64,000 nt of DNA from Scyliorhinus canicula (lineage: Eukaryota). Position numbers and translations under genes: made by a program. Numbering within the stretch: the first letter of the stretch is position 1; the number at the start of each line of letters is the position of its first letter. The notes beneath the pieces are model-generated. The model saw only the letters and a list, made by a program, of their open reading frames with translations, had not been told where the DNA came from and made no database searches. The stretch lies in the NCBI RefSeq assembly GCF_902713615.1, contig NC_052159.1, forward strand, positions 33,841,709-33,905,708. The letters run 5' to 3'. Positions 37,693-51,358 of the stretch are shown here, one piece after another.

Positions 37693-39160
37693 TTTTTCAT
37701 ACCAGAGCCACTCCAATGTAATTTGCAAGTCCTGGTTTAATTTCAGTGACACAGAAAGGAAGTTCTTTGCATGCCACCTTCTCAAATGGCAATGAGACAA
37801 TGATCCCTCAAGTATTTTCACGTCTTCAGCAAGCATTTCTGAATCCAGTCTGTTCAGCCCTGTCAGAATTTTTTACATTTCAATTAGAACGCCTCATTCT
37901 TCTAAATTACAGTGTATGCAGGCCCAGTCCGAGTTAGCAAGACCAACATTACAGGCAGCCACCTGTGCAGGAGTTGTCATCCAAGAGGACCTTGAGCACT
38001 GTTTCAGAGTTATGCATCCGTGAGGCTGAGAGCAATATGGCTAGCATGGTTCTGTACGTGGTCACCCCACATCTTAAGGGTGTGCAGCTAGAGAGAGAAT
38101 AGGTGATCAATAGATAGTCAATGATCACCAAGCAGGTAGAACTGGGAGTCCCCTGAGTGCACCTTGCTCTCGAACCTGTATTTCATTCATGACATCTTGG
38201 CTGGCACAGTTGTACAGCAGGGCAGAAGGAAGAGTAGGAAAGGAATAATGACAGTGGATTCTGTAACGAGGAAACAGACAAGCACTTCTTCAGCTTCTGA
38301 CATGAATCTAGGATAGTATGCTGCCGCTCTAGTGCCATGGTCAGAGATGTCACTGTGGAGAGGTCTGGGGAGAGTGAACAGGCAGAGGTCATGGTCCACA
38401 TAAGTACCAGTTACATTGGTAGAAAGAGAAATCATTGAATCCCTACAGAACAGAAGAAGACCGCGCAGCCCATCGAGTGTGCACTGATCCTTCGAACGAG
38501 CACCCCACTGTCCTGCCCTATCCCCATTACCCCACTGAAACTTTGGAATGACGACCTGGGAAAGAAACCATCAATCAGAACCTCACATTAGTAACCTCCA
38601 TGGTACTCCTGGTGCCATGGATTAGTGGGTATAGAATTAGGAGTAGTTGAATATGTACTAGAGAGATGGCTCAGACGGGAAAACTTTCAATTACAGGGAC
38701 AGGGGGAAGATTCTGGAGCAGATGAGTACTGTACAGGCTAGAAAGGTTGCACCTCAACAGAGCTGGGACCAATGTCCTGATGGAATAACTTGCTAGTTCT
38801 GTCGAAAAGAGTTTAATATAACCTGGCAGGGAATCAGAACAAGTGTACAGCATAAGGAAGAATAAATAAGGTGCACAACATTTTGGGAGATGTTGTGGTT
38901 GTTGGACATTATTCATCTAGGATCCCAGGATGTCATTGTAGGAGTTCCTCAGGATTTAAAAATATTCATTCATGGATATGGATGCCATTGGTGAGGCCAG
39001 CATTTATTATCCATTCCTAATTGATCTTGGATTGCCGCCACAGGTGCCTCTACACCTACATGCTGTTAGGAAGGGAGTTTGTACAATTGAGTGGCTTGTT
39101 CAGCCATTTCAGAGGGTATTTAAGAGTCAACCAAATTCCCCATGAACCTGCAGTCACTTA

Positions 39161-39499
39161 TCATAGAATTTCTACAGTGCAGAAGGAGGCCATTTGGCCC
39201 ATCGGGTCTGCACTGACCCTCTGAAAAAGCACCCTGCCTAGGCCCATTCCCCACCCTATTCCCCCTAATCCCACATGACCTGAACATCTTTGGACACTAA
39301 GGGGCCATTTTAGCATGGCCAATCCACTAATCTGCACATCTTTGGACAGTGGGAGGAAACCAGAGCACCCTGCGGAAACCCACAAAGATATGGGGAGGAC
39401 GTGTAACTCCACGCAGAAGGTCATCCAAAGCCAGAATTGAACCCGGGTCCCTGGCGCTGTGAGGCAGTGGTGTTAACCACTGTGCCACCATGCCGCCCC
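39161..39499 (-). mobile_element. HE1-type V-SINE
   Basis: Full length on the minus strand. A second tail fragment lies at 39505-39607. Confidence 0.9.
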
Positions 39500-41389
39500 G
39501 AGAATAGAATCCTCACAGTGCATTAGGAGACCACTCGGCCTATTGAGTCCACACTGACGCTCACCCCACGTAGGCCCACTCCTCCACCCTATCCCTGTAA
39601 CCCCACTTGTCGGCCTGACCAGGTAAGGAAGGCATTTTATGACAATTGACTATGGTTTTGTGGTCACCATTCGACTACCTTTTAATTCCAGATTTATTAA
39701 TTAAATTTAAATTTCACCAACTGCTGTGATAAGATTTGACCATGTGAGGACTAACCCAGGTCTAGTGATATTACCACTACACTACTGCCTCCCACAGGGT
39801 GGTGTCTAGCCCAGATGGATGCAGCTGCTTCATCAATGATCTGCCCTCTATCATAATGTCAGGTGGGGATATTTGCTGATGATTGAACAGTGTTCATTAC
39901 TATTCATGGCTTCTCAAATACTGAAACAGTGTGTCCATATGCAGCAAGACCTGGGCGACATTCGCGTTCGGCCAGATGAAAATGGTAAGTAATGTTTACA
40001 CCACACAGTACCAAGCAATTACAATTTCCAACAAGAGAGGGTAAGGCCATGTCCTACTGAGTAATGTACAATATACTGCATTATCCTGTTCACCTTATTC
40101 TCAGAGTCAATGTGGCTTCACACTGTTCACTGCCATTAAACTGAATGGCATCATGTGCACTTTATAGCAATGTATCATTACTGTCTAAGTTTTAAAAACC
40201 CTGTAATCAATTCGTCATACAGCCAATTGATGTTCCACTGCCTTGTCTTCAAAAAAGAAATGATACAATAATGGATGCAGGTCACCTGGCTGTTTCTGGG
40301 CATGGAATAGTAAATATATCGGGAGAAGTCAAAGGAATAATCTAGTTGGCATAATTAACAGTTATCAGGGTTTAGATTTGTCCTGTGCTTTTATTAACAT
40401 TCGCTTTTCCTTGCACCTAAACAGTTACTAATATTATAAAATCATTCACTGTTAGCTAATTTTCAGGCAAGTAAAAAAAATTGAATCTCATTGCGTATGC
40501 TTTGATCACTGCAACTGTTAAAACCTTGGGTAGCAGAATGTATCACTGGCATGATTGTAAAAAGATGAATCATTTTAAATTGTTAGATACAAAAATGTGA
40601 TTTAATACAAAGTTAGAAGTCAAATTTATTCCAAAAAATCCATGGACAGTGGAAGAAAAGCTGTGCGATTTATAAATCACACTATCTGGGTGTGATTTAA
40701 TCCGATTAGCAATTCTTCTCATTTTATATATGTAACATAGGCAGGAATGTAACCTTATTAAAGGTCCTTGCAAAATATTTGTAAACAAAACACAGATATT
40801 TTATTTGAAGCTACAGTGATGTTATCTCCTTGACGGAGACAGTTTACAGTGGCTCATTTCCCAGAACAATAAGCTCCATGAACTCTTGCTTTCTGGCTAC
40901 TGCAGCAAGGTCACTCATGAGGAGATGCTGTCAGGGAATTCTTCCTCATTATTTGTAGATAAATCATTCATTTAGTCTTTCCACAAACATATATGATTTA
41001 ACTGTGAATACCATACTGGGGAACTGCTGCTGCTGCTACAGATTGTTACAATAATGCTTCAAAAATATTTATCACTGGCATTCACGTATTGGTGTGTTTA
41101 GTTGCGCTGCTCAGCCAAGTTCAATCCCTGATGCATTCTGAAGTGTGCTCATCTCAGGGAGGTACTTCAGTTGGACATAGTATGGCCGAGAGAGAATAAA
41201 AGGTCAACCAAGGTTCCAGCTTCCGATTGTTATCCAGTGGTTCCGAGCATGAGGTGCGGTTCAGATATGATCTGTCCCCTTCAGCCACAGGCAAAATGCA
41301 ATAAGCTTGAAAAAGAATTGCTAAAAGGACAGCTGAAATTTTTGGAACCGTACCTAAACACTAGTTAGAGGCTTAGCTGTCCCCTGTAG

Positions 41390-41716
41390 CTCTATAGTGC
41401 CACACTCGCCTCTAACAAGTAGGTTACAGACTTCAGCACCTAATCTAGGCTGACACTCCACTGCAGTGCTGCACTGGCAAGTGGTTCTGTCTTTCGAATG
41501 AGCAGTTAAACATGAAGGCCCTTCTGCTTTTTCAGCTGGATGTAAAAGATCCCAAAGCACCATTTAAAGAAAAGCAATGTAGTTCGTGGCCATTATTCTT
41601 CCCTTAATTAATAACATTAAATCAGATTATTTGGTCATTATTACAATGCAGTTTGTGGGAATTTGCTGTGTGCAAATTGGCTCCCACATTTCAACAACCA
41701 TTACACTTCAAAAAGT
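41390..41716 (+). mobile_element. Old Deu-domain SINE (SacSINE1/AmnSINE-like)
   Basis: ATCTAGGCTGACACTCCA..GGATGTAAAAGATCCCA..GTTTGTGGGAATTTGCTGTGTGCAAATTGGCT. Confidence 0.7.
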
Positions 41717-42626
41717 GGCTGGGCCAGATAGCGGGCCTTGAAACACTGTAAGCAGGCCTTTATTTTCTTTTTTCAGGGAAGGAGAAAGGAACATTTGGAA
41801 TATTTATCGTAATTTTATTACAACTAAGGTAAAAATTGCACGCCAGGTTAATCATTTCCCCCCCCCTCCCCCATCCTACCAGATAGATAGAACTTTCTAT
41901 CTGTAAGGGGATGTGTTAAATTGACACTCTATTCGAAAGGTTATTGCTTTTAACTTCAGTACAGACAAATCAGAAAGAGTTTCCCATGGTAAATTGTAGG
42001 AGACAATAATCCTAATTGCACTGGTGATTTAGTCAAGTTTTGCAGGTGACAGGTAATTGGGGAAATTCTAATTATCAGCATATGTGATCACCGCAGTTGG
42101 GAAAGTCAGTAATTATGCTTGTGAATTATTATGCATGTGGCATCTCTGCTTTATCTAGTCAAAATATGTTAGCTTAGACATTCGATTGTGCCACATCTTT
42201 CAGCTTAAAACAGCACCCCACTGAGGTCACGGATTTCAATGCCGACATTGCAGCCCGAATGGAATAGCAAACTGCAGCAGGCAAATCTCAGGCAGATGCC
42301 ATGTTGTCGTGGCTCAGGGGCCGTTGGTTGAAGGAGGCTTGCAGAGTGTCTCTGATCTGTCAACCAGCAGATCACAGGGTTGGCTGTACAGAGTCCGCGG
42401 GACAGTGGTGCGGGAACCATGAAGCAGGAACTGATCTGACCTCTCCAGGAAGCAGCAATGCTGCTCCTTCGCCTGCCTCTGCACCACTGCTCCTCTGTTG
42501 CTTGTCAGCCAGGTGGAGCAGACAGCTGACAAAGTGCCAATGAAGCCCAGAGCCTCTTTGGGGATTCCCAGAGGACATCTGAAGGATTCAGAGAATCTTC
42601 AGATTCTCAGCAACCATCCTCCTTGG

Positions 42627-42862
42627 GACAGCATTGTAGCATAGTGGTTAGTACAGTTGCTTCACAGCTCCAGGGTCCCAAAGATGTGCAGGTTAGGTGG
42701 ATTGGCCATGCTAAATTGCTGTTGGTGTCCAAAAAGGTTGGTGGGGTTACTGGGTTACGGGGATAGGGTGGAGGTGTGGGCTTAGGTGGGGTGCTCTTTC
42801 CAAGGGGCAGTGCAGACTTGATGGGCAGAATGGCCTCCTTCTGCACTGCAAATTCTATGATC
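42627..42862 (+). mobile_element. HE1-type V-SINE with internal deletion
   Basis: Head is joined directly to CCAAAGATGTGC through GTCC microhomology. Confidence 0.85.
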
Positions 42863-43529
42863 TATTGACTGTTACTACCACCAGGGTTTCACTTCAAAGG
42901 TGCACGAGATTGCATGAGGGCTTACCCTTAGATAGCTACCAAGGGTAAGCATAGAGTGAATAGTTTAATATTTGTTGGTTATGTCATGTTTACATTGTTA
43001 ATTTTTGACGTACATAAAGATTGATGGTGGTAATTGGATAGTGATGGAATTCATGGTCTTTTTAATTGTGATAGCTGTGGGGAAGGGGTTGAATAGATTT
43101 AGTATGGATGATGGACTGCCCAACGGATCCTAATTCGTGGAATTTACATCATGTGGCAATAGTGCCCTGGATTCTGATGGTGGAGCATGTGTCTCAAATA
43201 CACTCTTCTAATAGCGACTGGTGAGCATCCCTTCCAGGTGTGGGCTGCCTAACTCAAAGTCTCCGGTGATCCACATCCTCTTCCTTTTTGAGGTTCCTGA
43301 GCTTGACCCTATGGCATCATTGCTGGAAGTAATGACTGACCTCTCGTGATCACCAAATTGCAATACATGCAACAAATCACCACAACTTCCAACCCTGACC
43401 TTTAGGGAACCACCTGGCAAATCAAGGTATCAGGACCCAAATGATCTGCCCAATGATTATCGACGGCTGATAGTGGTTCGATTACATGAGTGCTTATTTT
43501 GGGGGTTTTCAAGGGAGTTGCTATAGAAT

Positions 43530-43772
43530 TATTATGACCACAGAGGAGTCCACACGACAGCCGTTGAGATGCTGGTTATTTCTTTATATTCACAACTATT
43601 CACACAGGTCCCAGACGAGACTGCTCAGCTCCCACTTGGGCCGAGTTTTAATACATTGTGTCCAATGCTCTGCTGATGGGGTCCTCGCCCCTCAGCGGGG
43701 GAGCTTGTACTCGACGAGCCTCATGGAGGGACTAATTGGTCCAACCCTGTAGATCTCGTGCAGGTTATAACA
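43530..43772 (-). mobile_element. Solo LTR (243 bp) inserted in a V-SINE tail
   Basis: Minus strand runs TGTTATAAC...GTCATAATA (terminal CA mutated), with a 5-bp TSD AGAAT (43525-43529, 43773-43777). Confidence 0.75.
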
Positions 43773-44075
43773 AGAATCCCTACAGTCCAGAAGGAGACCA
43801 CTCTGCCCATCAAGTCTGTACCAACCCCCCAAAAGAGCACCCCATCCAGGCCCACCCCCCTGCTCTATCCCCATAACCATATCCAACCTTGAACACCAAG
43901 GGGCAATTCAGCATGGCATTCCACCTAACCTGGACTGCAGGAAAAACCGGAGCACTGGGAGAAAACCCATGCAGAAAACATGCAGACTCCACACAGACGG
44001 TCACGCAAGGCCGGAATTGAACCAGGGTCCCTGGCGCTGTGAGGCACCAGTGCTAACCACTGTGCCACCGTGCCA
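43773..44075 (-). mobile_element. HE1-type V-SINE
   Basis: Head at 44075; tail interrupted by the solo LTR. Confidence 0.82.
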
Positions 44076-44182
44076 CACCATGGCAAGAGTGGGTATCCTT
44101 TGTCACCTAGCTACCAGCAATGCACATTGTGTTAGGGCTCAAAGCTCTGTCGGATGAATGACTGTCTCATTATAAAAGCATT

Positions 44183-44618
44183 GTATCCGGGAGTCCAGGG
44201 GGCAAGAGAGGCTGATGTTTTGGCCTTTGCATCCTTGGCAGCCCGGAGATGGATATTACTAGTGTGGAGGGACTCAGAGCCCCCAAAATTGGGGTATGGG
44301 TTAGCGACGTGGCTGTGTTTCTCAGACTTGCGAAAATTAAGTTCGCCCCGAGAGGATCAACGTTGGGGTTCGTTCGGCGGTGGCAGCCGTTTATCGACTT
44401 CTTCGGAGAAAACTAAACTGTCAGCAGATTCAATAAAGGGAGGGGGTTAGGGAGAAAGGGGAGGTAGGGGGAGTACGGCTATTTTTTGTCTTGATTAGGC
44501 TGGAACAGTGGAAGAGGGAGGGATGTGTTACGTACTGAACTATGTTTACATTTGTATTTGTATCTTTTATTGTTAGAAAACCATAAATGCCTTAATAAAA
44601 TGTTTGTTTAAAAAAAAA
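44183..44618 (+). mobile_element. 5'-truncated L1 (ORF2 C-terminus, 3' UTR, poly(A))
   Basis: EADVLAFASLAARRWILLVWRDSEPPK matches the L1 at 1549-1833. AATAAA and A-tail present. Confidence 0.9.
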
Positions 44619-44892
44619 CATTTTAGCAGCTCTCTGGCTGGCAGCTATTCACCTACATGCCGTACTATCTGGGGTCACACACCAACTGCAAATTGACAAA
44701 ATTGAACCTTTCCTGTTCCTGAACAATGAGTTTAAATGAGGGGTTTGAATGGTCACATGAGGAATTCCGCAATCTTGTCGAATCCTGGAGCTCTTCTCTG
44801 GCAATAGGGAATGGTTTTTAATCTTTCCTAAGATCTTGTAGATCTTATGCAGAAAAGCACAAAGGATTGCTGGATGTGACTAATGTTGCATG

Positions 44893-45072
44893 TGAAATGA
44901 AAATTGCTTATTGTCACAAGTAGGCATCAATGAAGTTACTGTGAAAAGCCCCTAGTCGCCACATTCCGGCGCCTGTTCAGGGAGGCTGGTACAGGAATTG
45001 AACCGTGCTGCTGGCCTGCCTTGGTCTGCTTTAAAAACCAGCTATTTAGCCCAGTGTGCTAAACCAGCCCCT
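44893..45072 (-). mobile_element. Short tRNA-derived SINE (family of 13293-13474)
   Basis: Reverse-complement similarity along the full length. Confidence 0.87.
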
Positions 45073-45439
45073 ATGTGGCTGCCTGGAAGGTTCCAGTAGC
45101 ATAAAGATTGTTAGTCTGACCCTGATTGCCACAGGCAATGCAGTCCTGGCTATGCTGTAACATCAGACTCTTTGTTCCATGAGGCCGCAGATCTCTGCAA
45201 TGAACTCCTTAATAAAGCAGAGCCTCCTCATGCGCTGGTGCTGTCACATGAATGTAAGATTGCTTGTTTCTCCTCCTCGAATTCTTCATGCAGAACAAGG
45301 TGGCGTTTCACCTGGTAACTCCTAAGGTCCAATCCAGCCCCCCCCCCCTTTTAGGGTGAAGTCTTGAGAGAATCTTCAGGAAATATTGATGGAGTATTGA
45401 AGTCTTAACAATGCGTTCCAATGCCATAGTTAGAGTTAT

Positions 45440-45780
45440 AGCGAAGCACAGAAGAAGGCCATTTGTCCCATCAAATTTGTGCTGGTTCTCTGTAGAGTAA
45501 TCTAGTCATATTTCAATCCCATGCTATATCCCCATATCCATATCCATATCCATTATTGAGTGTGTTTATTTCCCTCAAACACCCATCCAATTTCATTTTG
45601 AGATCATGCAACATCTCCGCTTCCACTGCACCCACAGGCAGCAAGTTGCAGGCCAATACTATTTGCTGCTCAAAAATATACTTCCTTGCTTCACCCCCTC
45701 CTCCCCCACCCCGCATCTCTTACACAAAACCTTAAATCTGTGTCCCTCTAGTCCTTGTCCCGTGAACGAATGGGAACAAT
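45440..45780 (-). mobile_element. Old CR1 3'-end fragment
   Basis: RKYIFEQQIVLACNLLPVGAVEAEMLHDLKMKLD, a decayed form of the CR1 FFTQRVV..WN.LP..VVEA..FK..LD motif. Confidence 0.7.
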
Positions 45781-46500
45781 TCAAAAGTTCTCTTCAAATG
45801 CAGTGTATTCAGTCAATTGTAATCAGACAGTGAATATTGAAAGAGGAACATCACTTTAAGTAGGCTCCCATTCCTCAGATAAATTAGTTCCTCCCATTCA
45901 GCTGATCACTGAGGAGAAGGTGGTAAATGAAGCATTATCCACCAAAATATCAATGCAGCCTCTTTAATAAATGTCAGCAGGCAATTTAATTGTTGATCAC
46001 AGCCTTATCAATATTTTGAGTGGCCATTCCTAGAAGCATGCGTCAACTCCTTTATCAAGACAGCATCTTTCACCAAAGCACGACTGAACCAACATTTCTG
46101 TTTCTGACTCCATTTGGCCACCAAAAATATTCACTGAAAAAACACCACCGTGGTTTCGGATTTTAAAAATTTCAGTATCCGCACTGTATACGACAGAAAA
46201 GAAAGTATGAAAATATCATAGGTCATTTCCTTAAGAATGGTTCTTTGTGAAATCTGGCCAGGGTATGGATAATATTGTTGCAATTTTGCATTTTTTATTA
46301 AAAGGGGAATTTATTTTGGATAAATTGTAGATAGATTAGCTGAACCGTGATTTGCTATATGTTTTGTGTAAGAGATGCGGGGTGGGGGAGGAGGGGGTGA
46401 AGTAAGGAAGTATATTTTTGAGCAGCAAATAGTATTGGCCTGCAACTTGCTGCCTGTGGGTGCAGTGGAAGCGGAGATGTTGCATGATCTCAAAATGAAA
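45591..46500. repeat. 140-bp inverted repeat (45591-45730 versus 46361-46500; 630-bp spacer)
   Basis: Checked base by base: 139/140 identical. Confidence 0.95.
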
Positions 46501-46729
46501 GTCTGCACGTCCTCCCCCTGTGTGCGTGGGTTTCCTCCGGGTGCTCCAGTTTCCTCCCACAGTCCAAAGATGTGCGGGTTGGGTGGATTGGCCATGATAA
46601 ATTGCCCGTAGTGTAAGGTTAATGGGGGGATTGTTGGGTTACGGGTTACGTGGGTTTAAATAGGGTGATCATTGCTCGGCACAACATCGAGGGCCGAAGG
46701 GCCTGTTGTGTGCTGTACTGTTCTATTCT
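46501..46729 (+). mobile_element. 5'-truncated HE1-type V-SINE
   Basis: Starts mid-core at GTCTGCACGTCCTCCCC; tail GTACTGTTCTATTCT. Confidence 0.9.
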
Positions 46730-47299
46730 AAAGGAACATACAATTTAATGTTCTGTGAATTTTCACAATAATAGGAGGGTTCTGTATCTTAGCCAAGATG
46801 GTGTCAGAGTCCTGATACAGGAAGTCCTTTGCCAAAGCCTGGCACCCACTAGTTTAGCCAAGGGGATAGGTTGTAGTTGTATATTCACAATACATTGATG
46901 TAGCTGCACATATAAATCTGCCGCTGTCTTCAAAGAGATACAATATTTGTTAGTGGAATGCCCAAAACATGACTCATGAAACATTTGAGCAAAAGGTCTG
47001 AAGATTTGGAGAGGTACCGTGTATTTTAGAAAGGTAAGGTACCCTTTCAAAGAGGTCCAAGTACCTCTTTGGGTCAGGAAAAGTGTCCTTTTTTAAGAGG
47101 CATGGTATCCTTTGGGATTGCTAAAGGTAGACCTGAAAATATGCAAAATGCAGATAAACTCAGTGGAACTGTAAAGCTGTCAAGATATTTAAATCTGCAA
47201 GCTCTTTAAATCGTTAGAAGAAAATAAACCTGCGGTTGAAAGAAATCAGTGCTTTCAATTTCACTAGCTATCTGCAGACGTACACGTGAGGGCTTCCAT

Positions 47300-47622
47300 T
47301 AGATCACAGAATTTACAGTGCAGAAGGAGGCCATTCGGCCCATCGAGTGTGGACCAGCCCTTAAGCCCACACCTCCACCCTATCCCCGGAACCCAGTAAC
47401 CCCACCTAACCTTTTTGGACACTAACGGCAATTTAGCATGACTAATCCACCTAACCTTGGCACATCTTTGGACTGTGGGATGAAACCGGAGCACCCAGCA
47501 GAAACCCACGCAGACACAGGGAGACAGTGCAAACTCCACACACAGTTACGCAAGCCGGGAATCGAACCTGGGACCCTGGAGCTGTGAAGCAACTGTGCTA
47601 ACCACTGTGCTACCATGTCGCC
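47300..47622 (-). mobile_element. HE1-type V-SINE
   Basis: Full length on the minus strand. Confidence 0.9.
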
Positions 47623-50600
47623 TATTACTGGATTAGTGCTGCTTGACTGATACTATAACTTTTCATTATCGCCTGGGGGAGGGTGGGGTGCACTGGAAGT
47701 GCGCAGTTCTATTGCCAGCTCAAAGTGTTTAAGTCTTTAATGTGGAGCGATGAATACAATTGTTTGCTTTCATACAACATTAAGTCCTTGAAGGAATATT
47801 TGTTTTTATGAGGGATTAAGTACTTGCATGAATCTAAATGTATTGAATAGGTTTTTATGAACTTGAGTTGTTTTAATAGTGAAGACATCGATCATCATTT
47901 AGAAATGTATTTTGTTTCATCTCACCATAGCCCCTGAGATCTGCCCATGGTGGCTTCTGGGGAAGTTGACAGTGAGGGTGTAAGTGCAAAAGATGAAGGT
48001 GGGGGCATGGATAGACATGAGTTCACACTAATATTGGCATTGATAGTATAAAGGGTCATGGGCCTGAGTGGAGGAGCATAGGGCATTAAGGATATGAGAG
48101 GCCATTGGTGTAGGTATAGTGGTATAGATTGGCATAGACAGTATAAGAGGGCATGGGAGTGGGTAATAGGGCATACATTGACATGGATGGTATGAAGGAC
48201 TATGAGGGGGGGGGGAGAGGCTTAGATGTGCATGGAGGGTATGAGGGGCCAAGGTTGTAGGGTTGGTTTATGAGGTGGCATTGGTGGGAACGGGGAGTGA
48301 GGGCTAGTGAGCAGTTTTTAGTTTTTTTTTAAAACTAAAGAGGTCCTGAAGCACTAAGGTAGGCATTTCACACGGCCCACCTTTGCACCTGACAGCCCCT
48401 CTCAGGTCCTCTACAATCCAGCCTCTGGCCTTAGGATGCCTACTTGTCATGTGTTGCTGTGGTGAGGTACTGACCGGTGTTCTCGATGGTGCAGAGACTG
48501 TCCACTGGCAAGAAAGACTTGTATACTCTGCTCCCTCTTTGCAGCAAGCTAGCCGGTGGCAGTGAATCATACAACTGCACTTGATGCATAACAGCATCCT
48601 GTGGCAAACCATTGACGCAGAATATTTACAGGCTGTTATATCATGTTCTGCATCATACTCAAGCCTAATCCTGCCTGTCCTGTAAGGATCATTTGTCATC
48701 TATTAGGAGCAGGAACCCTGGCGCAGTTCCCTTCCTCTGAAGGGTACTTATGCCAATTGTAGCATTCTTATTATTGCCTTGGCTAAACTGCTTGCATCAA
48801 CGGGTTATTCAGCAGACAGTTATCACATACAAGTCTGATCATGTTTCTATCATTAACATGTGTGCTTTGCAATAGGAATCACCATACAACAGTTGGGAAT
48901 CCCGTCTGATTTTACCTTTCTTCCAAGATTAGGATTACTGAGGTCTATCTTCATCCCATGGAGTGGCAGGTACCAATCAAATGAACACAGACTACGGATC
49001 AAACCTCATGCACCCTGATCTGCATAATATTGTTTGATGCAGTCATTCCATCATACCTTTGGATTGGGCCCTTGATAACATGTACTAGCTTTTATACATT
49101 AATAACCATTATATAATTAATTTTAGAGCTCTAATTCTTGGCTTCTAACCTTTAATCATCTGCTTATGGGAAAAGCTGTAAAGAATGCATTCCTATCATA
49201 AAATGAAGCTGAGAAATAAGAGTTATGAGCATTAATTGATTTCCAGTCTCTATACTAAATATTGACCATCTCTTATTCTCTACTGCAGGATATATTATCG
49301 TACCACAGCCATTTCTCTCTTGCTGCACGTTAGCTCCATATATATTATAATGAGGTGAAAATGAGTGTTAACAATGGCATTTATACTTGAATGGCTCATG
49401 GTTTCCAGATATTTGATAATTCTAACCCTGTAGAAAAGTGTTTACAATATACCAGGAAACAGACTATAAGGAGCTTTCAAATTCCATTAGTTTATTTTCT
49501 GATTTGACAATCTTCCAAAATTTCCAACCAACTCCAGCAAATAAAGAATTGCTTTGTGTCAATGAGAAAGAAAAGGATTTGACAACATTAATGAATATCT
49601 GACTGTGTGCTGGATTTGAATTTCCTGCGACACAGGCAGGTAGAAGTTCCTTTGTTAGTGCAATAACAAAATTCAAAGCTGCTAACTCCATTAGCTTCAC
49701 AGATGGACGCAGAACTGGACAGAAGTGATTTAGGCAGAAAGGGCTAATTGCCAGGAAGGGTGTTTGACTTGGCTTATGTTATATGAAATGTTGCCAAATT
49801 TGAACAGCGCGGCAAGGGGACAGGGACACTAGGTTCTTATGATCTCGGGACGCATTTAATAAATTGAATGCTCCACTGAAGTTAATTAGGCCAAAGTAGA
49901 GCTTGAGTTTGGTCAATGGGGTAAATGCAAATTTCTTCTCCGCTTTTTGGTGATTTTTTTAGGTTGAAGTATGTTTTCAGGTTGCCTTGTGAAACGCATT
50001 GTCAACTCGAAAACAGGTTTGAATCATTCTAAAATGAACAAATTCAGCATTAAAACTGTTCACCACAAAATGCATTGGAATACATGACCCAATTCTATTT
50101 TCTGCACCTCCCATTTTATAATTGTTATTGCCTTTTAATTGTCATAATTATTTAAACTGCCTAGAAATCTGTGCACAAATGGCACGGACGAGTGGCCTTG
50201 AAAACCTGTGGGGGTTCTACTGAATTTAGTATGATTTATTTGCATAATAATGAGAACTCCATTTCAGGGTGCCAGATGATTACAAATTCCTCTCCAACAC
50301 TTGGACAATAGTCATGATATAGAACGCTTCTGCATTGTTTTCTTTGAGCTGGTGCCGGTCGCTCCACTGAAACAAACTCTTCTAATCCCATCTCTTTAGC
50401 CAAATTTTCAGTTATCCTCCTGAATCTCTCCATCATTCTGCACTGGCTATCCTTATTTATGAAGTGCCTTTGGGCATTTGTTACATCAAGGATACCAAGA
50501 CACATGTGAGTTGCTATTGTTATACTTGATGGCAACTGGGAATCACATGTACCACTTGATGATGATCTCCAGTTTTACACGTTACCTATGTTCACTTAAT

Positions 50601-50748
50601 TCAGTGAAGGCCACGATGGGGAGTATTGGTGCAGACGGTGCTATGTCTTTTCGTCCGACGTCATTTCGTCCAACGACACTTCGTCCACGTCTTTTGGTCC
50701 AACGTCTTTTTGTCCGCTCGTCTTTTGGTCCAACGTCATTTTGTCCGG

Positions 50749-50926
50749 TGATTTTCTTGGTCAAAGAATTTTTGTGACTTTTTACGTGTTTTTGTCGGAT
50801 GATTTTCTTGGTCAAAGAATTTTTGTGACTTTTTACGTGTTTTTGTCGGATGATTTTCTTGGTCAAAGAATTTTTGTGACTTTTTACGTGTTTTTGTCGG
50901 ATGATTTTCTTGGTCAAAGAATTTTT
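50749..50926. repeat. Perfect 51-bp tandem repeat, 3.5 copies
   Basis: Unit TGATTTTCTTGGTCAAAGAATTTTTGTGACTTTTTACGTGTTTTTGTCGGA at 50749, 50800, 50851 and 50902 (partial). Confidence 0.95.
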
Positions 50927-51157
50927 TAGTAGCATAGTAATTTAGCATGGCCAAACTTGCTTAGTAGCACTCCACTCCACTTTAACTTTTGTAAATAGAA
51001 ATCTTCTCAAATGCACATAATATACAATAAAGGATCTTTATTACCAGCCTCTTTCCTTTAACGAGCCTCATTAAAGGATAGTTATTATCTTTCTCTCCCC
51101 TTTAACGAGCCTCGTTAAAGGATAGATATTATCGGTCTCTTTCCTAATCCCGAATTC

Positions 51158-51358
51158 GCCCATCCAGAAATGGCAAAGTTCAGGGAAGGGCTAATAATAG
51201 GCAAAAAGGCTCAAATTCTTCGGGGAGATCAGTCGACGTCATGTACGCGATACAAGAAAATAACTGAACGCCTCAAAAGATTGGTCGTTGAATATGTTCC
51301 TACAGCGAAAATTGATTTCTTAAGTAATTTCGGGAATTCATCCTTAGTAAACTTTTAG
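51158..51358 (+). pseudogene. MULE transposase C-terminal remnant
   Basis: AHPEMAKFREGL..QILRG..RYKKITERLKRLVVEY..DFL resembles the HPxxxKFxxxL...Y...RL..LV..Y...FL tail of animal MULE transposases. Confidence 0.65.

Noticed and set aside
50749-50926. CRISPR-like array or 17-aa repeat protein (ORFs 50582-50935, 50736-50954)
   Set aside because: Units are identical head-to-tail with no unique spacers. It is the subterminal array of the MULE element, and the ORFs arise because 51 is divisible by 3.
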